From assembly GCA_024231025.1 (NCBI GenBank), contig JAAEQW010000150.1, positions 239 through 64,238 of the forward strand: 64,000 bases of DNA. Reading direction: 5' to 3'. The notes beneath the pieces were generated by a model, which saw only the letters and a list, made by a program, of their open reading frames with translations, did no database searches and was not told the DNA's origin. Source of the DNA: Candidatus Omnitrophota bacterium (GTDB taxonomy: Bacteria; Omnitrophota; Gorgyraeia; Duberdicusellales; 4484-171). The position numbers were made by a program, and so were the translations under genes. Positions within the stretch are counted from its first letter, which is position 1. Every line of letters starts with the position of its first letter. Of the stretch, positions 19,798 through 29,625 are shown piece after piece.

Positions 19798-20856
19798 ATG
19801 GGGTTAAATGATCTAAGAAACAGTATTGACAATATAGATGGAAAAATATTGAACTTACTTAATTTACGGGCGAAAGAAGTGCTTAAGATAAGTGAGTTTA
19901 AAAGAAACAAAAAGCTCAAGGCTTATTCGCCTGATCGTGAAGCAAATTTACTTAGGCGACTAAGAAAACTCAATCAGGGGCCGCTGTCTTCTAAGGATAC
20001 CGATATTATTTTTGGCGAAGTTATGTCGGTTTGTCGTGCCCTACATGCCAAACTAAAGATTTCTTATTTAGGTCCCGAGGGGACATTCACTCATTTAGCA
20101 GCTAGAAAGAAGTTTGGAAAAAAAACAGCGTATGTTTCATCTGATAGCATTGCCGATGTGTTCGAAAAAGTTGAAAAAGGTGATGCCGATTACGGTGTCG
20201 TTCCGATTGAAAATTCTACCGAAGGCGTGGTAAAACATACTCTAGATATGTTTGCGACATCGCCGTTGAAGATTTGTTCGCAAATTACACTAAATATATC
20301 TCATTTTTTACTGAGTAAAACCACTCTTTCAAGGGTGAAGAAAATTTATTCGCACCCTCAAGCATTTGCTCAGTGCAGAAAATGGATCACCGCTAATACT
20401 CCAGGTGTGAAATTAGTGGATGCGTTATCTACCGCTAAGGCTGCGCAATTAGCCAAAAAAGATTCGGCTGGAGCATGTTTGGGCAATAAAGTATTAGCAC
20501 AAATATATAAGCTCAGAATTATCAGCTCATCGGTTGAGGATTCTTCAAATAATCGTACTAGATTTCTGGTTATTGCCAAAAATGACAGCCCAACATCAGG
20601 AAAAGATAAAACGTCGGTGCTTTTGGCAATGCAGGATAAAGTTGGAGCATTGCATGATACATTGCTAGTTTTTAAGAAGGGGAAAATAAACTTAACAAAG
20701 ATTGAGTCGCGCCCATCGAAGAAAAAAGCCTGGGAATATTATTTTTTTGTGGATTTTCAGGGCCACAAAAATTCTGACAATGTTGAAAAAGTCTTAAAAG
20801 AACTCTCAAAAAATTGTACAATTAAAATTCTTGGTTCCTATCCTGACGAAAATTGA
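19798..20856 (+). CDS. pheA: Chorismate mutase / prephenate dehydratase (P-protein)
   Basis: LR..ID.ID N-domain, YLGPEGTF, PIENSTEG, NRTRF, ESRP. Confidence 0.95.
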   Translation: MGLNDLRNSIDNIDGKILNLLNLRAKEVLKISEFKRNKKLKAYSPDREANLLRRLRKLNQGPLSSKDTDIIFGEVMSVCRALHAKLKISYLGPEGTFTHLAARKKFGKKTAYVSSDSIADVFEKVEKGDADYGVVPIENSTEGVVKHTLDMFATSPLKICSQITLNISHFLLSKTTLSRVKKIYSHPQAFAQCRKWITANTPGVKLVDALSTAKAAQLAKKDSAGACLGNKVLAQIYKLRIISSSVEDSSNNRTRFLVIAKNDSPTSGKDKTSVLLAMQDKVGALHDTLLVFKKGKINLTKIESRPSKKKAWEYYFFVDFQGHKNSDNVEKVLKELSKNCTIKILGSYPDEN

Positions 20857-20857
20857 T

Positions 20858-22018
20858 ATGTTTAGAAAAGATTTAGTTAAAATAAAAGCTTACAAACCAG
20901 GTCGGCCTATCGAAGAGGTAAAACGCGCTTTGGGGTTGAAGGAGGTTTATAAACTTGCTTCTAATGAGGTTCCGTTTGCGCCAAATTATATCAAAAAAGC
21001 TATCTTGAAAGAAGTAGCAAATGTTAATCGCTACCCTGAGGGTGGCTGTTTTTACTTAAGGCGTGCCTTAGCTAAGCAGTTAAAGGTTGATCGGGATCAA
21101 ATTGTATTCGGCAATGGCTCCGACGAATTGATTGTGTTGGCGCTAGAGGCTTTCATCCAGAAAGGTGATGAAATTGTTGTAGCTTATCCTACATTTCTGA
21201 TATATGAACTTCAGGGGATGGTTAAAGGGGCCAAAGTTAGGCGCTTGCCACTAAAGGATTTTCGTTATGATCTTGATGCGATGGCAAAAGCGATCACAAA
21301 TAAGACAAAAATTGTTTTCATTGCCAATCCGGACAATCCTGGCGGAACATATCTTAACAAAATTGAAGTTGAGCAATTTTTGAAGAAAATTCCAAAAAAT
21401 GTTTTAGTATTTTTAGATGAGGCTTATTTTGAATTTGCTCCTTCGAATTTCCCCAAGAGCTTAAATCTTTTAAAAAAAAGAGGTAATATAATTGTTACGA
21501 GAACTTTCTCTAAGGCTTATGGATTGGCAGGTTTGCGTATTGGTTATGGAGTTACAACAAAAAAAATTGCTGATATTTTGAATAAAATCAGAGAACCTTT
21601 TAATGTTGATCGCATCGCTCAGGTGGCGGCAATCGAAGCTCTAAAGAACAAAGATTTTCTCAATAAAGTACTTAAATTCGTAAAGAAGGAAAAACAATAT
21701 CTTTATAACGAACTTAAAAAACTTAAATTTGATTTTATCGAGAGTGCCACAAATTTTGTGCTTATTAACCTTAAAAAGGATACTGCTTCCCTTAATGAGT
21801 ATCTTTTGAAGGAAGGGGTAATCATTCGCGAATTAAGGGGGTGGGGGCTAAATAATTTTTTTAGAGTTACAGTTGGGTTGCATAAAGAGAACGTAAAGTT
21901 CATTAAATGCCTTAAGAGCTATATGTGTTGTCAAAATATGTATGGAAAAATAACTAAAAACGTAAAATGTAAAACGAAAAACCATAGTGCAAAATTAAAA
22001 ATTACTAAAGTGTGTTAG
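20858..22018 (+). CDS. hisC: Histidinol-phosphate aminotransferase
   Basis: KLASNE, GNGSDE, NPDNP, DEAY, RTFSKAYGLAGLRIGY; C-terminal tail runs into a repeat array. Confidence 0.93.
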   Translation: MFRKDLVKIKAYKPGRPIEEVKRALGLKEVYKLASNEVPFAPNYIKKAILKEVANVNRYPEGGCFYLRRALAKQLKVDRDQIVFGNGSDELIVLALEAFIQKGDEIVVAYPTFLIYELQGMVKGAKVRRLPLKDFRYDLDAMAKAITNKTKIVFIANPDNPGGTYLNKIEVEQFLKKIPKNVLVFLDEAYFEFAPSNFPKSLNLLKKRGNIIVTRTFSKAYGLAGLRIGYGVTTKKIADILNKIREPFNVDRIAQVAAIEALKNKDFLNKVLKFVKKEKQYLYNELKKLKFDFIESATNFVLINLKKDTASLNEYLLKEGVIIRELRGWGLNNFFRVTVGLHKENVKFIKCLKSYMCCQNMYGKITKNVKCKTKNHSAKLKITKVC

Positions 22019-22100
22019 ATTTTAATGTTTTTGGTTGGGAAGATTTTAGATTTTAAGTTTTGGTTTTTAGCTTTTCGTTTTTAATTTTTAGTTTGTGAGT
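21955..22100. repeat. Inverted-arm A-rich/T-rich degenerate heptamer element
   Basis: aaaacgt aaaatgt aaaacga aaaacca ... ttttaga ttttaag ttttggt ttttagc ttttcgt ttttaat. Confidence 0.75.
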
Positions 22101-22141
22101 TGCTAATTTTTGTATGATTAAAAAAATGATGGGAGTAACCA

Positions 22142-23158
22142 ATGATAATTGTTTTTAAAAAAAGTGCTACGCAGGAGAACATAGATCATCTTTTGGCCCG
22201 TGTGGATAAATTAGGCTTGAAAAGCATGGTGTCTAAAGGATCAGAACGAACCATCGTTGGCATTATTGGTGCTGAGGATGTTGTGCGCATTCAACCCCTA
22301 GAGGTGTTTGCCGGTGTCGAGCAGGTAATGAGCGTATTGGCGCCGTATAAATTAGTATCACGAGAATTCAAACCGCAAGATAGCGTAATTAAGGTAAAAG
22401 ATGGCGTTGAGATTGGCGGAAAAAAAATTAATGTTATCGGTGGTCCCTGTTCAATTGAATCAAAAGAATCCTTAAGGGCGATTGCGATTGAAGTAAAAAA
22501 ATCAGGTGGTACAATTTTACGAGGCGGAGCGTTTAAGCCGCGCACATCACCATATGCTTTTCAGGGATTGGGCGAAGAAGGATTAAAATTTTTAAAAGAT
22601 ATTGCCATTGAACTTGATTTAGCAACAGTTACTGAAGTCATGGATCCAAGAGATGTAGGGTTGGTAGCTAAATATGCAGACATGTTGCAGATCGGCGCGC
22701 GTAATATGCAAAACTTTAATCTCTTAAAAGAAGTTGGTCAAACTAAAAAGCCGATTATGCTTAAGAGGGGGCTATGTGCCACAATAAAAGAGTGGTTGAT
22801 GAGTGCTGAATATATTCTTTCAGAAGGTAATTTTAATGTAATTTTATGTGAACGTGGAATACGTACTTACGAAACGGAAACTCGCAATACCCTTGATTTG
22901 AGTGCGATCCCGATTGTTAAGCAAAAATCGCATTTACCGATTATTGTTGATCCGTCACATGCTGTTGGTAAGTGGGGGTTGATTGCGCCGCTAAGTAAGG
23001 CTGCGATTGCCACAGGAGCAGATGGGCTAATGATTGAGGTTCATACTAACCCCGAAGAGGCATTGTGTGATGGGCCACAGCAATTATTGCCTGAGAATTT
23101 TGCCTCTCTTATGGGTGAACTTGAGAAGATTGCTAAAGCAATTGATAGAGAACTATGA
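22142..23158 (+). CDS. aroF: DAHP synthase (type I-beta) with N-terminal regulatory domain
   Basis: GPCSIES, RGGAFKPRTSPY, QIGARNMQN, LCERG, DPSH. Confidence 0.95.
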   Translation: MIIVFKKSATQENIDHLLARVDKLGLKSMVSKGSERTIVGIIGAEDVVRIQPLEVFAGVEQVMSVLAPYKLVSREFKPQDSVIKVKDGVEIGGKKINVIGGPCSIESKESLRAIAIEVKKSGGTILRGGAFKPRTSPYAFQGLGEEGLKFLKDIAIELDLATVTEVMDPRDVGLVAKYADMLQIGARNMQNFNLLKEVGQTKKPIMLKRGLCATIKEWLMSAEYILSEGNFNVILCERGIRTYETETRNTLDLSAIPIVKQKSHLPIIVDPSHAVGKWGLIAPLSKAAIATGADGLMIEVHTNPEEALCDGPQQLLPENFASLMGELEKIAKAIDREL

Positions 23159-23982
23159 AGAAAAAAAAGATAGCAATTATTGGCGTTGGGTTGATGGGTG
23201 GAGCATTTGCGAAATCTGTTAAAGAGTTTTCCACATGGGGCTATGCAAGAAGTGATAAATCATATGCCAAGCTTAAGAAGTTAAAAATTCTTGATGCGGT
23301 TAGTCAAAGCTTAGAAGAAACAGTATCCGGTGCTGATTTTGTTGCTTTATCTTTACCGGTTATTGCAATTGGTCAATATTTCAAAAAAATTGCGCCATTT
23401 CTAAAAAAGGATGCAATAGTTTTTGATATGGGCAGTAGCAAAAAGTTCATTACGGCTAAAGCGAAAAAACATTTGCCAAAGTATGTAAGTTTTGTTGGTT
23501 GTCATCCTCTAGCAGGAAGTGAAAAAAGTGGTGCTCAGTTTAGTCCTGATACTCTTTATGAAGGGGCAACGTGCATTATTACTTCAAACAGAAAAGCAAA
23601 AGCGACAAAAACAGTTGCTGCTCTTTGGAGAAAAGTAGGGTGTAAAGTTGTATATATTTCAGCTGAATTGCATGACAAGGTTCTTTCAAGCGTGTCACAT
23701 ATGCCGCACTTGATTTCTTTTGCGCTTACTCAATTTGTTGATAAAAAGTATGCCAAGTTTGCACCGGCAAGTTTACGCGATTTAACGCGGATATCGAATT
23801 CTCCGGATTTTGTCTGGGCGGATATTTTTATTTCCAATAAAATAAATTTACTGCAAGGCATAAGGAGTTACTCGAAAGTTTTAAAAAAGTTTGAAACCGC
23901 TTTGCGAAAAGGCGATAAGGATTGTCTTATAAAATTGATCAAGGAAGCTAACACAAAACAAAAACTCTTCCTGCAAGGTTAA
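23155..23982 (+). CDS. tyrA: Prephenate dehydrogenase
   Basis: GVGLMGG, DMGSSK, HPLAGSE, HD...VSHMPH, DLTRI. Confidence 0.92.
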   Translation: MKKKKIAIIGVGLMGGAFAKSVKEFSTWGYARSDKSYAKLKKLKILDAVSQSLEETVSGADFVALSLPVIAIGQYFKKIAPFLKKDAIVFDMGSSKKFITAKAKKHLPKYVSFVGCHPLAGSEKSGAQFSPDTLYEGATCIITSNRKAKATKTVAALWRKVGCKVVYISAELHDKVLSSVSHMPHLISFALTQFVDKKYAKFAPASLRDLTRISNSPDFVWADIFISNKINLLQGIRSYSKVLKKFETALRKGDKDCLIKLIKEANTKQKLFLQG

Positions 23983-23995
23983 CCATTTTTACAAT

Positions 23996-24640
23996 ATGAT
24001 AATAGCCATTGACGGCCCAGCTGGGTCAGGAAAAACTACCGTTGCAAAACTACTTGCGGATAAGTTGAAGATCTCATACCTTGATACTGGAGCTACCTAT
24101 CGTTCGTTAACCCTAAAGGCATTGGAGTTAGGTGCAAATCTATCCGATGAAGATGCGCTAGAGGCACTTATTGATGATCTTGATTTAAAAATGCACGATC
24201 GTTTTGTTTATCTTGATGGCAATGATGTAAGTGCGGCAATCAGGGATCCACGAATTGATAAAAATATATCAGTCGTTGTATCTTTTGCGAAAGTAAGAAG
24301 CAAAATGGTTCAGTTGCAGCGTCGTCTTAGCTTTGATGGCGATTTTGTTGTGGAGGGTCGAGACATTACAACAGTTGTTTTTCCCAATGCTAAATTTAAA
24401 TTTTATCTGGACGCTGATTTTGAGTTACGCATCGAGCGCCGCTACAAGGAGCTTAAAGCTAAGGGAATTAACGTGCCCCTTGATGAGGTAGGAGAAGATT
24501 TAAAAAAACGGGACCATGCTGACATGAATAGAGCAGTTGGCCCGCTTAAATTAAGTGAAGATGCAATTTGCATTGACACAACTGACTTATCGATTGATGA
24601 AGTTATCGAAAAATTGGCAGGGTATGTAAATAATGGGTAA
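23996..24640 (+). CDS. cmk: Cytidylate kinase
   Basis: AIDGPAGSGKTT, DTGATYR, EGRDI. Confidence 0.96.
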   Translation: MIIAIDGPAGSGKTTVAKLLADKLKISYLDTGATYRSLTLKALELGANLSDEDALEALIDDLDLKMHDRFVYLDGNDVSAAIRDPRIDKNISVVVSFAKVRSKMVQLQRRLSFDGDFVVEGRDITTVVFPNAKFKFYLDADFELRIERRYKELKAKGINVPLDEVGEDLKKRDHADMNRAVGPLKLSEDAICIDTTDLSIDEVIEKLAGYVNNG

Positions 24641-26423
24641 AAAAGAAATAAGAAACTTTTGCATCATTGCGCACATTGATCATGGCAAATCTACTATTGC
24701 TGATCGATTTATGGATTTAACCAAGGCGGGTGATCAGCGTAAACGCTGCGATCAAATGCTCGATAGCATGGAGCTTGAGCGGGAAAGAGGAATCACTATT
24801 AAAGCTAAGGCGGTGCGTCTCAATTATACGTATGAAGGCAAAGAATATATTTTAAATTTAATTGACACTCCCGGTCACGTTGATTTTGCTTATGAAGTTA
24901 CAAAGTCATTAAAAGGGTGCGAAGGAGCAATACTTTTAGTTGATGCTTCTCAAGGAGTTGAAGCTCAAACAGTGGCTAATTTTCATTTAGCCCTGGAAGG
25001 TGATTTGAGAATAATTCCCGTACTTAACAAAATCGATCTTCCTAGTGCTGATGTGGCGAGAGTATCTGATCAACTTTTTGATATCTTTGGTTTTAATAGT
25101 GACGAAATCACTTCTGTTTCGGCTAAAGATGGCCGAGGTGTTGTAGAAGTTATTGAAAGAGTAATAAAAGAGATGCCGCCACCTGAGGGCGATATAGAAA
25201 AACCGTTAAAGGCAGTTTTATTTGATTCCATTTACGACTCTTATAAAGGAGTTATCCTGTTTGTAAGAGTTTTTGATGGGGAAATTAAAGTTGGTGAAAA
25301 TATTCTGCTTATGCATCAGGACAAAAATTATCGCGTTGAAGAGTTGGGAGTGTTTTTACCGGCAGCTGAGAAGAAAAAGAAGCTTAGCTGCGGTGAGGTA
25401 GGTTATATTTGCTGCAGTATCAAGAATCCACAGGAAATAGACATTGGCGATACAATAACCTCAGCAAATAATCCAACGGCTTCGCCTTTTGAAGGGTATG
25501 AAAAGCTTACTCCAATGGTATTTTGTGGGATATTTCCAACCTTACCTAAGGATTACCCCCCATTACGTGCGGCAATAGAAAAATTGCGACTTTCTGATCC
25601 ATCTTTTGTATTTGAGCCGGACAACTTAGGAAGTTTGGGTTATGGGTTTAGATGCGGATTTTTGGGCCTTTTGCATATGGAAATTGTTCAAGAAAGATTG
25701 GAGCGCGAATATGATCTCGATCTAACGCTTACTGCTCCTAATGTAATGTATAAACTTAAAAAAACCAATGGCGATGAAGTTCACATTGAGAGCCCCCATC
25801 AACTTCCTGACGCATCAGAGATTGATAGTGTGTGTGAGCCGTTTATTAGGGCAACTGTTGTTACCCCGGTTGAAGGGATGGATCCGATTTGTGATTTGGC
25901 AAAATCGCGTCGTGGTGAATTTATAAAAATGGATTATCTTGGCAAAGATCGCTTAGGAGTTGTTTTTAAATTACCTTTAAGTGAGGTGGTTATTGATTTT
26001 TATGATAAAATAAAGTCTTTAACCAAAGGGTACGCTTCTTTTGACTATGAGTTTATCGGTTATCAAAAAACTGAGATAGCTAAAATTGATCTTTTGTTAA
26101 ATAAAAAGAAGATAGAAGCGTTCTCTCTCTTAGTGCATAAGAGTAAGCTTGAGAGTAAAGCGCGCTTGGTGGTTGAAAAATTAAAAGAGTTAATTCCTCG
26201 GCAAATGTACCAAGTAAGCATACAGGTTGCGGTAGGCGCTCGGATAATTGCTGCTGAGAAAGTTTCGCCGTTGAAAAAAAATGTTACTGCCAAATGTTAC
26301 GGTGGCGACATTACGCGCAAGAGAAAACTTTGGGAAAAACAGAAAAAAGGTAAGAAAAAAATGAAACAGATGGGTGACGTGAGCGTTCCTCAAGGTGCCT
26401 TTTTGGAAGTGCTAAAAATGTAA
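24633..26423 (+). CDS. lepA: Elongation factor 4 (LepA)
   Basis: IAHIDHGKST, DTPGHVDF, GFLGLLHMEI, KCYGGDITRK. Confidence 0.98.
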   Translation: MGKKEIRNFCIIAHIDHGKSTIADRFMDLTKAGDQRKRCDQMLDSMELERERGITIKAKAVRLNYTYEGKEYILNLIDTPGHVDFAYEVTKSLKGCEGAILLVDASQGVEAQTVANFHLALEGDLRIIPVLNKIDLPSADVARVSDQLFDIFGFNSDEITSVSAKDGRGVVEVIERVIKEMPPPEGDIEKPLKAVLFDSIYDSYKGVILFVRVFDGEIKVGENILLMHQDKNYRVEELGVFLPAAEKKKKLSCGEVGYICCSIKNPQEIDIGDTITSANNPTASPFEGYEKLTPMVFCGIFPTLPKDYPPLRAAIEKLRLSDPSFVFEPDNLGSLGYGFRCGFLGLLHMEIVQERLEREYDLDLTLTAPNVMYKLKKTNGDEVHIESPHQLPDASEIDSVCEPFIRATVVTPVEGMDPICDLAKSRRGEFIKMDYLGKDRLGVVFKLPLSEVVIDFYDKIKSLTKGYASFDYEFIGYQKTEIAKIDLLLNKKKIEAFSLLVHKSKLESKARLVVEKLKELIPRQMYQVSIQVAVGARIIAAEKVSPLKKNVTAKCYGGDITRKRKLWEKQKKGKKKMKQMGDVSVPQGAFLEVLKM

Positions 26424-26425
26424 TT

Positions 26426-27028
26426 ATGGATAAAGAGAACAAAAACAAAAAGGGTGCCTTAAGAGAGTGGGTAGAAGCATTAGTTATTGCTGGGGTGCTG
26501 GCAATATTTTTGCGGACTTTATTCTTTCAGATTTACAAAATCCCTACAACTTCAATGGTTGCAACCTTAATGCCTGGGGATAAGATTTTTGTTAGTAAGG
26601 TTCATTATGGTCCCAAATTGCCGATTGTTAATTTTCGTATAAAAGGATTTACAACCCCTAAAAGGGGAGAAGTTATTGTTTTTGTGCCGCCTCAGGAAGC
26701 AGTAAAGCCATGGCATGTGCGTAAGCAGTATATTAAGCGATTGGTGGCTTTAGGTGGTGATAGAGTGCTCATAAAACAAGGAAATCTCTATATTAATGGT
26801 GAAATGATCGTCGATCCGAAAATGGCGAAGAATTACTATTATAATCAGGGTCAATATGCTAAAGATGGCAAAGAGATAATTGTTCCTGAGGGGAAATATT
26901 TCTTTCTTGGGGATAATAGCATGTCGTCTTTAGATAGTCGTTTTTGGGGTTTTGTTGATAAAGAAGATATCATCGGCAAGGCAATTTTTATCTGGTGGAA
27001 TCCTAAAAGAATTGCTATGATAGAGTGA
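26426..27028 (+). CDS. lepB: Signal peptidase I
   Basis: IPTTSM, YIKRL, GDN...SLDSRFWG. Confidence 0.95.
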   Translation: MDKENKNKKGALREWVEALVIAGVLAIFLRTLFFQIYKIPTTSMVATLMPGDKIFVSKVHYGPKLPIVNFRIKGFTTPKRGEVIVFVPPQEAVKPWHVRKQYIKRLVALGGDRVLIKQGNLYINGEMIVDPKMAKNYYYNQGQYAKDGKEIIVPEGKYFFLGDNSMSSLDSRFWGFVDKEDIIGKAIFIWWNPKRIAMIE

Positions 27029-27038
27029 TGGTGATCTT

Positions 27039-27061
27039 GTAGGGGTCGGGTGCCCCGGCCC
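27039..27061 (+). repeat. GTAG-type REP hairpin
   Basis: GTAG-GGGTCGGG-tgc-CCCGGCCC. Confidence 0.75.
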
Positions 27062-27088
27062 TTTATGGAATTGAAACAGGAGGTAACT

Positions 27089-27397
27089 ATGAGAAAAAAT
27101 TTTGTCTTTGGTCTTTGGTCTTTGGTCTTTTGTCTAAGCATAGTTGGTTGTGCCACTAGAACTCAAACAGGTGCAGGCGTTGGTGCGCTAGCTGGGGCAG
27201 GCTTAGGTGCAATTATCGGCCATCAGTCTGGTCATGCTGGTGAAGGTGCAGCAATTGGTGCGGGTGCTGGTGTGCTTACCGGAGGATTGATCGGGCATCA
27301 TATGGATAAGAAAGATTGTCCGGTTTGTGGTAGAAAATTTTCTCGCTCCAAAAATAATTGCCCTTATGATGGTGCAGAATTAGTAGATCAAGAATAA
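27089..27397 (+). CDS. Glycine-zipper lipoprotein with C-terminal zinc-ribbon-like motif
   Basis: AGGAGG then ATG 27089; lipobox IVGC; GAGVGALAGAGLGAIIG; CPVC...CPYDG. Confidence 0.8.
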   Translation: MRKNFVFGLWSLVFCLSIVGCATRTQTGAGVGALAGAGLGAIIGHQSGHAGEGAAIGAGAGVLTGGLIGHHMDKKDCPVCGRKFSRSKNNCPYDGAELVDQE

Positions 27398-27400
27398 TTT

Positions 27401-27424
27401 ATAGGGGCAGATTGCGATCTGCCC
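27401..27424 (+). repeat. REP-like hairpin (ATAG variant)
   Basis: ATAG-GGGCAGAT-tgcg-ATCTGCCC. Confidence 0.7.
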
Positions 27425-27442
27425 ATTAAAGAAAAAGTTTTT

Positions 27443-28003
27443 ATGAATCTTGCAGATAAGATCTCTGCTTTGAGAATAGCTTTGGTTCCGGTGTTTGTGT
27501 CGCTGTTGGTGTATTCGTGTAGTACGCCATTTTTGATAAATATAGCGGTAGCGGTGTTTATCTTAGCGGTGTTGAGTGATTTTCTCGATGGATTAGTAGC
27601 CAGAATAAGAAAAGAGAAGTCTGATATCGGGCAAATCATTGATCCCGTCGCAGATAAATTATTTTTGTTCGCATCGTTTTTTTCATTGTACCTGTTAAGA
27701 GACAGCTTGCCGCTTGCTTATAAAATGCCCCTTGGAATAGTGCTTGCGGCCGCTGGCAGAGACGTTGTTGTTCTTTCTGGTCTTCTTACTTTGTATATTT
27801 TGAAAAAAGATGTAAATATTGCGCCGTCGGTATGGGGCAAGCTTACAACTTTTTTTCAGATGCTTACGGTACTAATGTTGTTTCTAAACATTTCTTGGTT
27901 TATATGGGTGTGCAGGATAGCAGTGATATTTACAATAATTTCAGGAATCGGCTATTTCATAAGAGGAGTTAAAGCAGGTAATGATCATACTGTTAGTGGC
28001 TAG
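27443..28003 (+). CDS. pgsA: CDP-alcohol phosphatidyltransferase (PgsA-like)
   Basis: SDFLDG.VAR....S..G..IDPVADK, GKLTT. Confidence 0.85.
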   Translation: MNLADKISALRIALVPVFVSLLVYSCSTPFLINIAVAVFILAVLSDFLDGLVARIRKEKSDIGQIIDPVADKLFLFASFFSLYLLRDSLPLAYKMPLGIVLAAAGRDVVVLSGLLTLYILKKDVNIAPSVWGKLTTFFQMLTVLMLFLNISWFIWVCRIAVIFTIISGIGYFIRGVKAGNDHTVSG

Positions 28004-28574
28004 TTATTTTTTAGGAAGTATTCCATTTGGTTTTTTAGTTGTCCATTTAGTTAAAAAGGTGGATATTCGTAAAGTTGGTTCTGGTAATATTGGCGCAACC
28101 AATGTTTATCGAGTGCTTGGCAAAAAGTGGGCAATAGCGGTTTTTGTTCTTGATTTTTTAAAAGGATTTATAGCTCTTTTTATAGCAAGCAGCATTGATG
28201 GCCTGCCAAACTATATGTACATTCTGACAGCAGTTTGCGTTGTCTGTGGCCATAATTGGACGATATTTTTGAACTTTAAAGGTGGCAAGGGTGTTGCCAC
28301 AAGCGTTGGGGCGATTGTTGGTTTAAGTTTAGTTTTTCCGGTGCTTTTTGTAGCTTTGTTTTTATCCTTAACTGTTTGGATTATATTGTTCAGTATTCTG
28401 AAATATGTTTCCATTGCGTCTTTAGCTGCGGCGCTTTGTTTTTTTCTTTTTTCACTATTTTTTGTAAGTGTTTGGGAAATAAAAGTGTTTGCTTTTGCAC
28501 TTTTTGTTTTTATAGTTGCAAGACATAAAGAGAACATAAAAAACCTTATTGCCAAGCGAGAGCTTCGTTTTTAA
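27981..28574 (+). CDS. plsY: Glycerol-3-phosphate acyltransferase PlsY
   Basis: [19 protein letters not shown]...[15 protein letters not shown]. Confidence 0.96.
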   Translation: MIILLVASYFLGSIPFGFLVVHLVKKVDIRKVGSGNIGATNVYRVLGKKWAIAVFVLDFLKGFIALFIASSIDGLPNYMYILTAVCVVCGHNWTIFLNFKGGKGVATSVGAIVGLSLVFPVLFVALFLSLTVWIILFSILKYVSIASLAAALCFFLFSLFFVSVWEIKVFAFALFVFIVARHKENIKNLIAKRELRF

Positions 28575-28599
28575 GGTTGTTTGTAAAGGAGGTATAGCC

Positions 28600-29625
28600 A
28601 TGGGTAATGAGAAGACGAACGTAGCGAACAAGAAAAAAGCGTTAGAGTTGGCAATTTCTAATATAGAAAAAAGCCATGGAAAAGGTGCGATTATGCGTTT
28701 GGGCGGGAGCACCAAATTAAACATTGAAACTATCTCGACAGGGATTATTTCATTGGATCGTGCATTAGGTGTTGGAGGTATGCCCCGAGGAAGAATATGT
28801 GAGGTGTATGGACCTGAATCATCAGGCAAGACAACTTTAACTTTAAGCATTATTGCTCAAGCTCAAGCTGAAAACGGAACAACTGCATTCATTGATGCTG
28901 AACATGCGTTTGATCCAGCTTATGCCAAGGTTATTGGCGTTAATTTGGAGGATCTTTTGATTTCACAGCCAGACACTGGCGAGCAGGCATTGGATATTGT
29001 TGAAACGCTAGTGCGCTCTAATGCGGTGGATTTAATTGTGGTTGATTCTGTGGCGGCACTTGCTCCGCGCGCTGAGATAGAGGGGGAAATGGGAGAATCG
29101 CGTATTGCTTTGCAGGCTCGTTTGATGAGCCAGGCGTTACGCAAATTAACTGCAGCGATAGGTAAATCTAAAACCTGCGTTGTGTTTATCAACCAGATAA
29201 GAGAAAAAGTAGGAGTTATGTTTGGTTCTCCGGAGATCACTCCCGGAGGAAGAGCTTTAAAATTTTATTCGTCATTAAGAATGGATTTAAGAAGAAAGGA
29301 AACATTAACTGGCTCCAACGGTCCGGTTGGAATAAAAGTTCGCTGCAAGATAGTTAAGAATAAAGTTGCACCGCCATTTAAAGAAGCAATGTTTGAAATT
29401 CTTTACAATGAGGGTGTATCCAAAGTGGGTGCTTTAATCGATGCCGGGGTTGAAAGCGAAGTGATCAAGAAAGCTGGTAGTTGGTTTTCTTATAAGGATA
29501 AGAATCTTGCTCAAGGCAAGGAACAACTCCGTGACCTGCTTAAGGGTGATGAGGTTTTAAGAAAAGATATTGAAGAAGAACTCAACAAGGCAATTCATAG
29601 CGACGCAGAGGAGGTAGCAAAATGA
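28600..29625 (+). CDS. recA: Recombinase A
   Basis: [39 protein letters not shown]; ATG after AGGAGG. Confidence 0.99.
   Translation: MGNEKTNVANKKKALELAISNIEKSHGKGAIMRLGGSTKLNIETISTGIISLDRALGVGGMPRGRICEVYGPESSGKTTLTLSIIAQAQAENGTTAFIDAEHAFDPAYAKVIGVNLEDLLISQPDTGEQALDIVETLVRSNAVDLIVVDSVAALAPRAEIEGEMGESRIALQARLMSQALRKLTAAIGKSKTCVVFINQIREKVGVMFGSPEITPGGRALKFYSSLRMDLRRKETLTGSNGPVGIKVRCKIVKNKVAPPFKEAMFEILYNEGVSKVGALIDAGVESEVIKKAGSWFSYKDKNLAQGKEQLRDLLKGDEVLRKDIEEELNKAIHSDAEEVAK

Noticed and set aside
26851-27156. Minus-strand ORF with TKDQRPKTK
   Set aside because: It is the translation of the heptamer repeat on the opposite strand and overlaps lepB.
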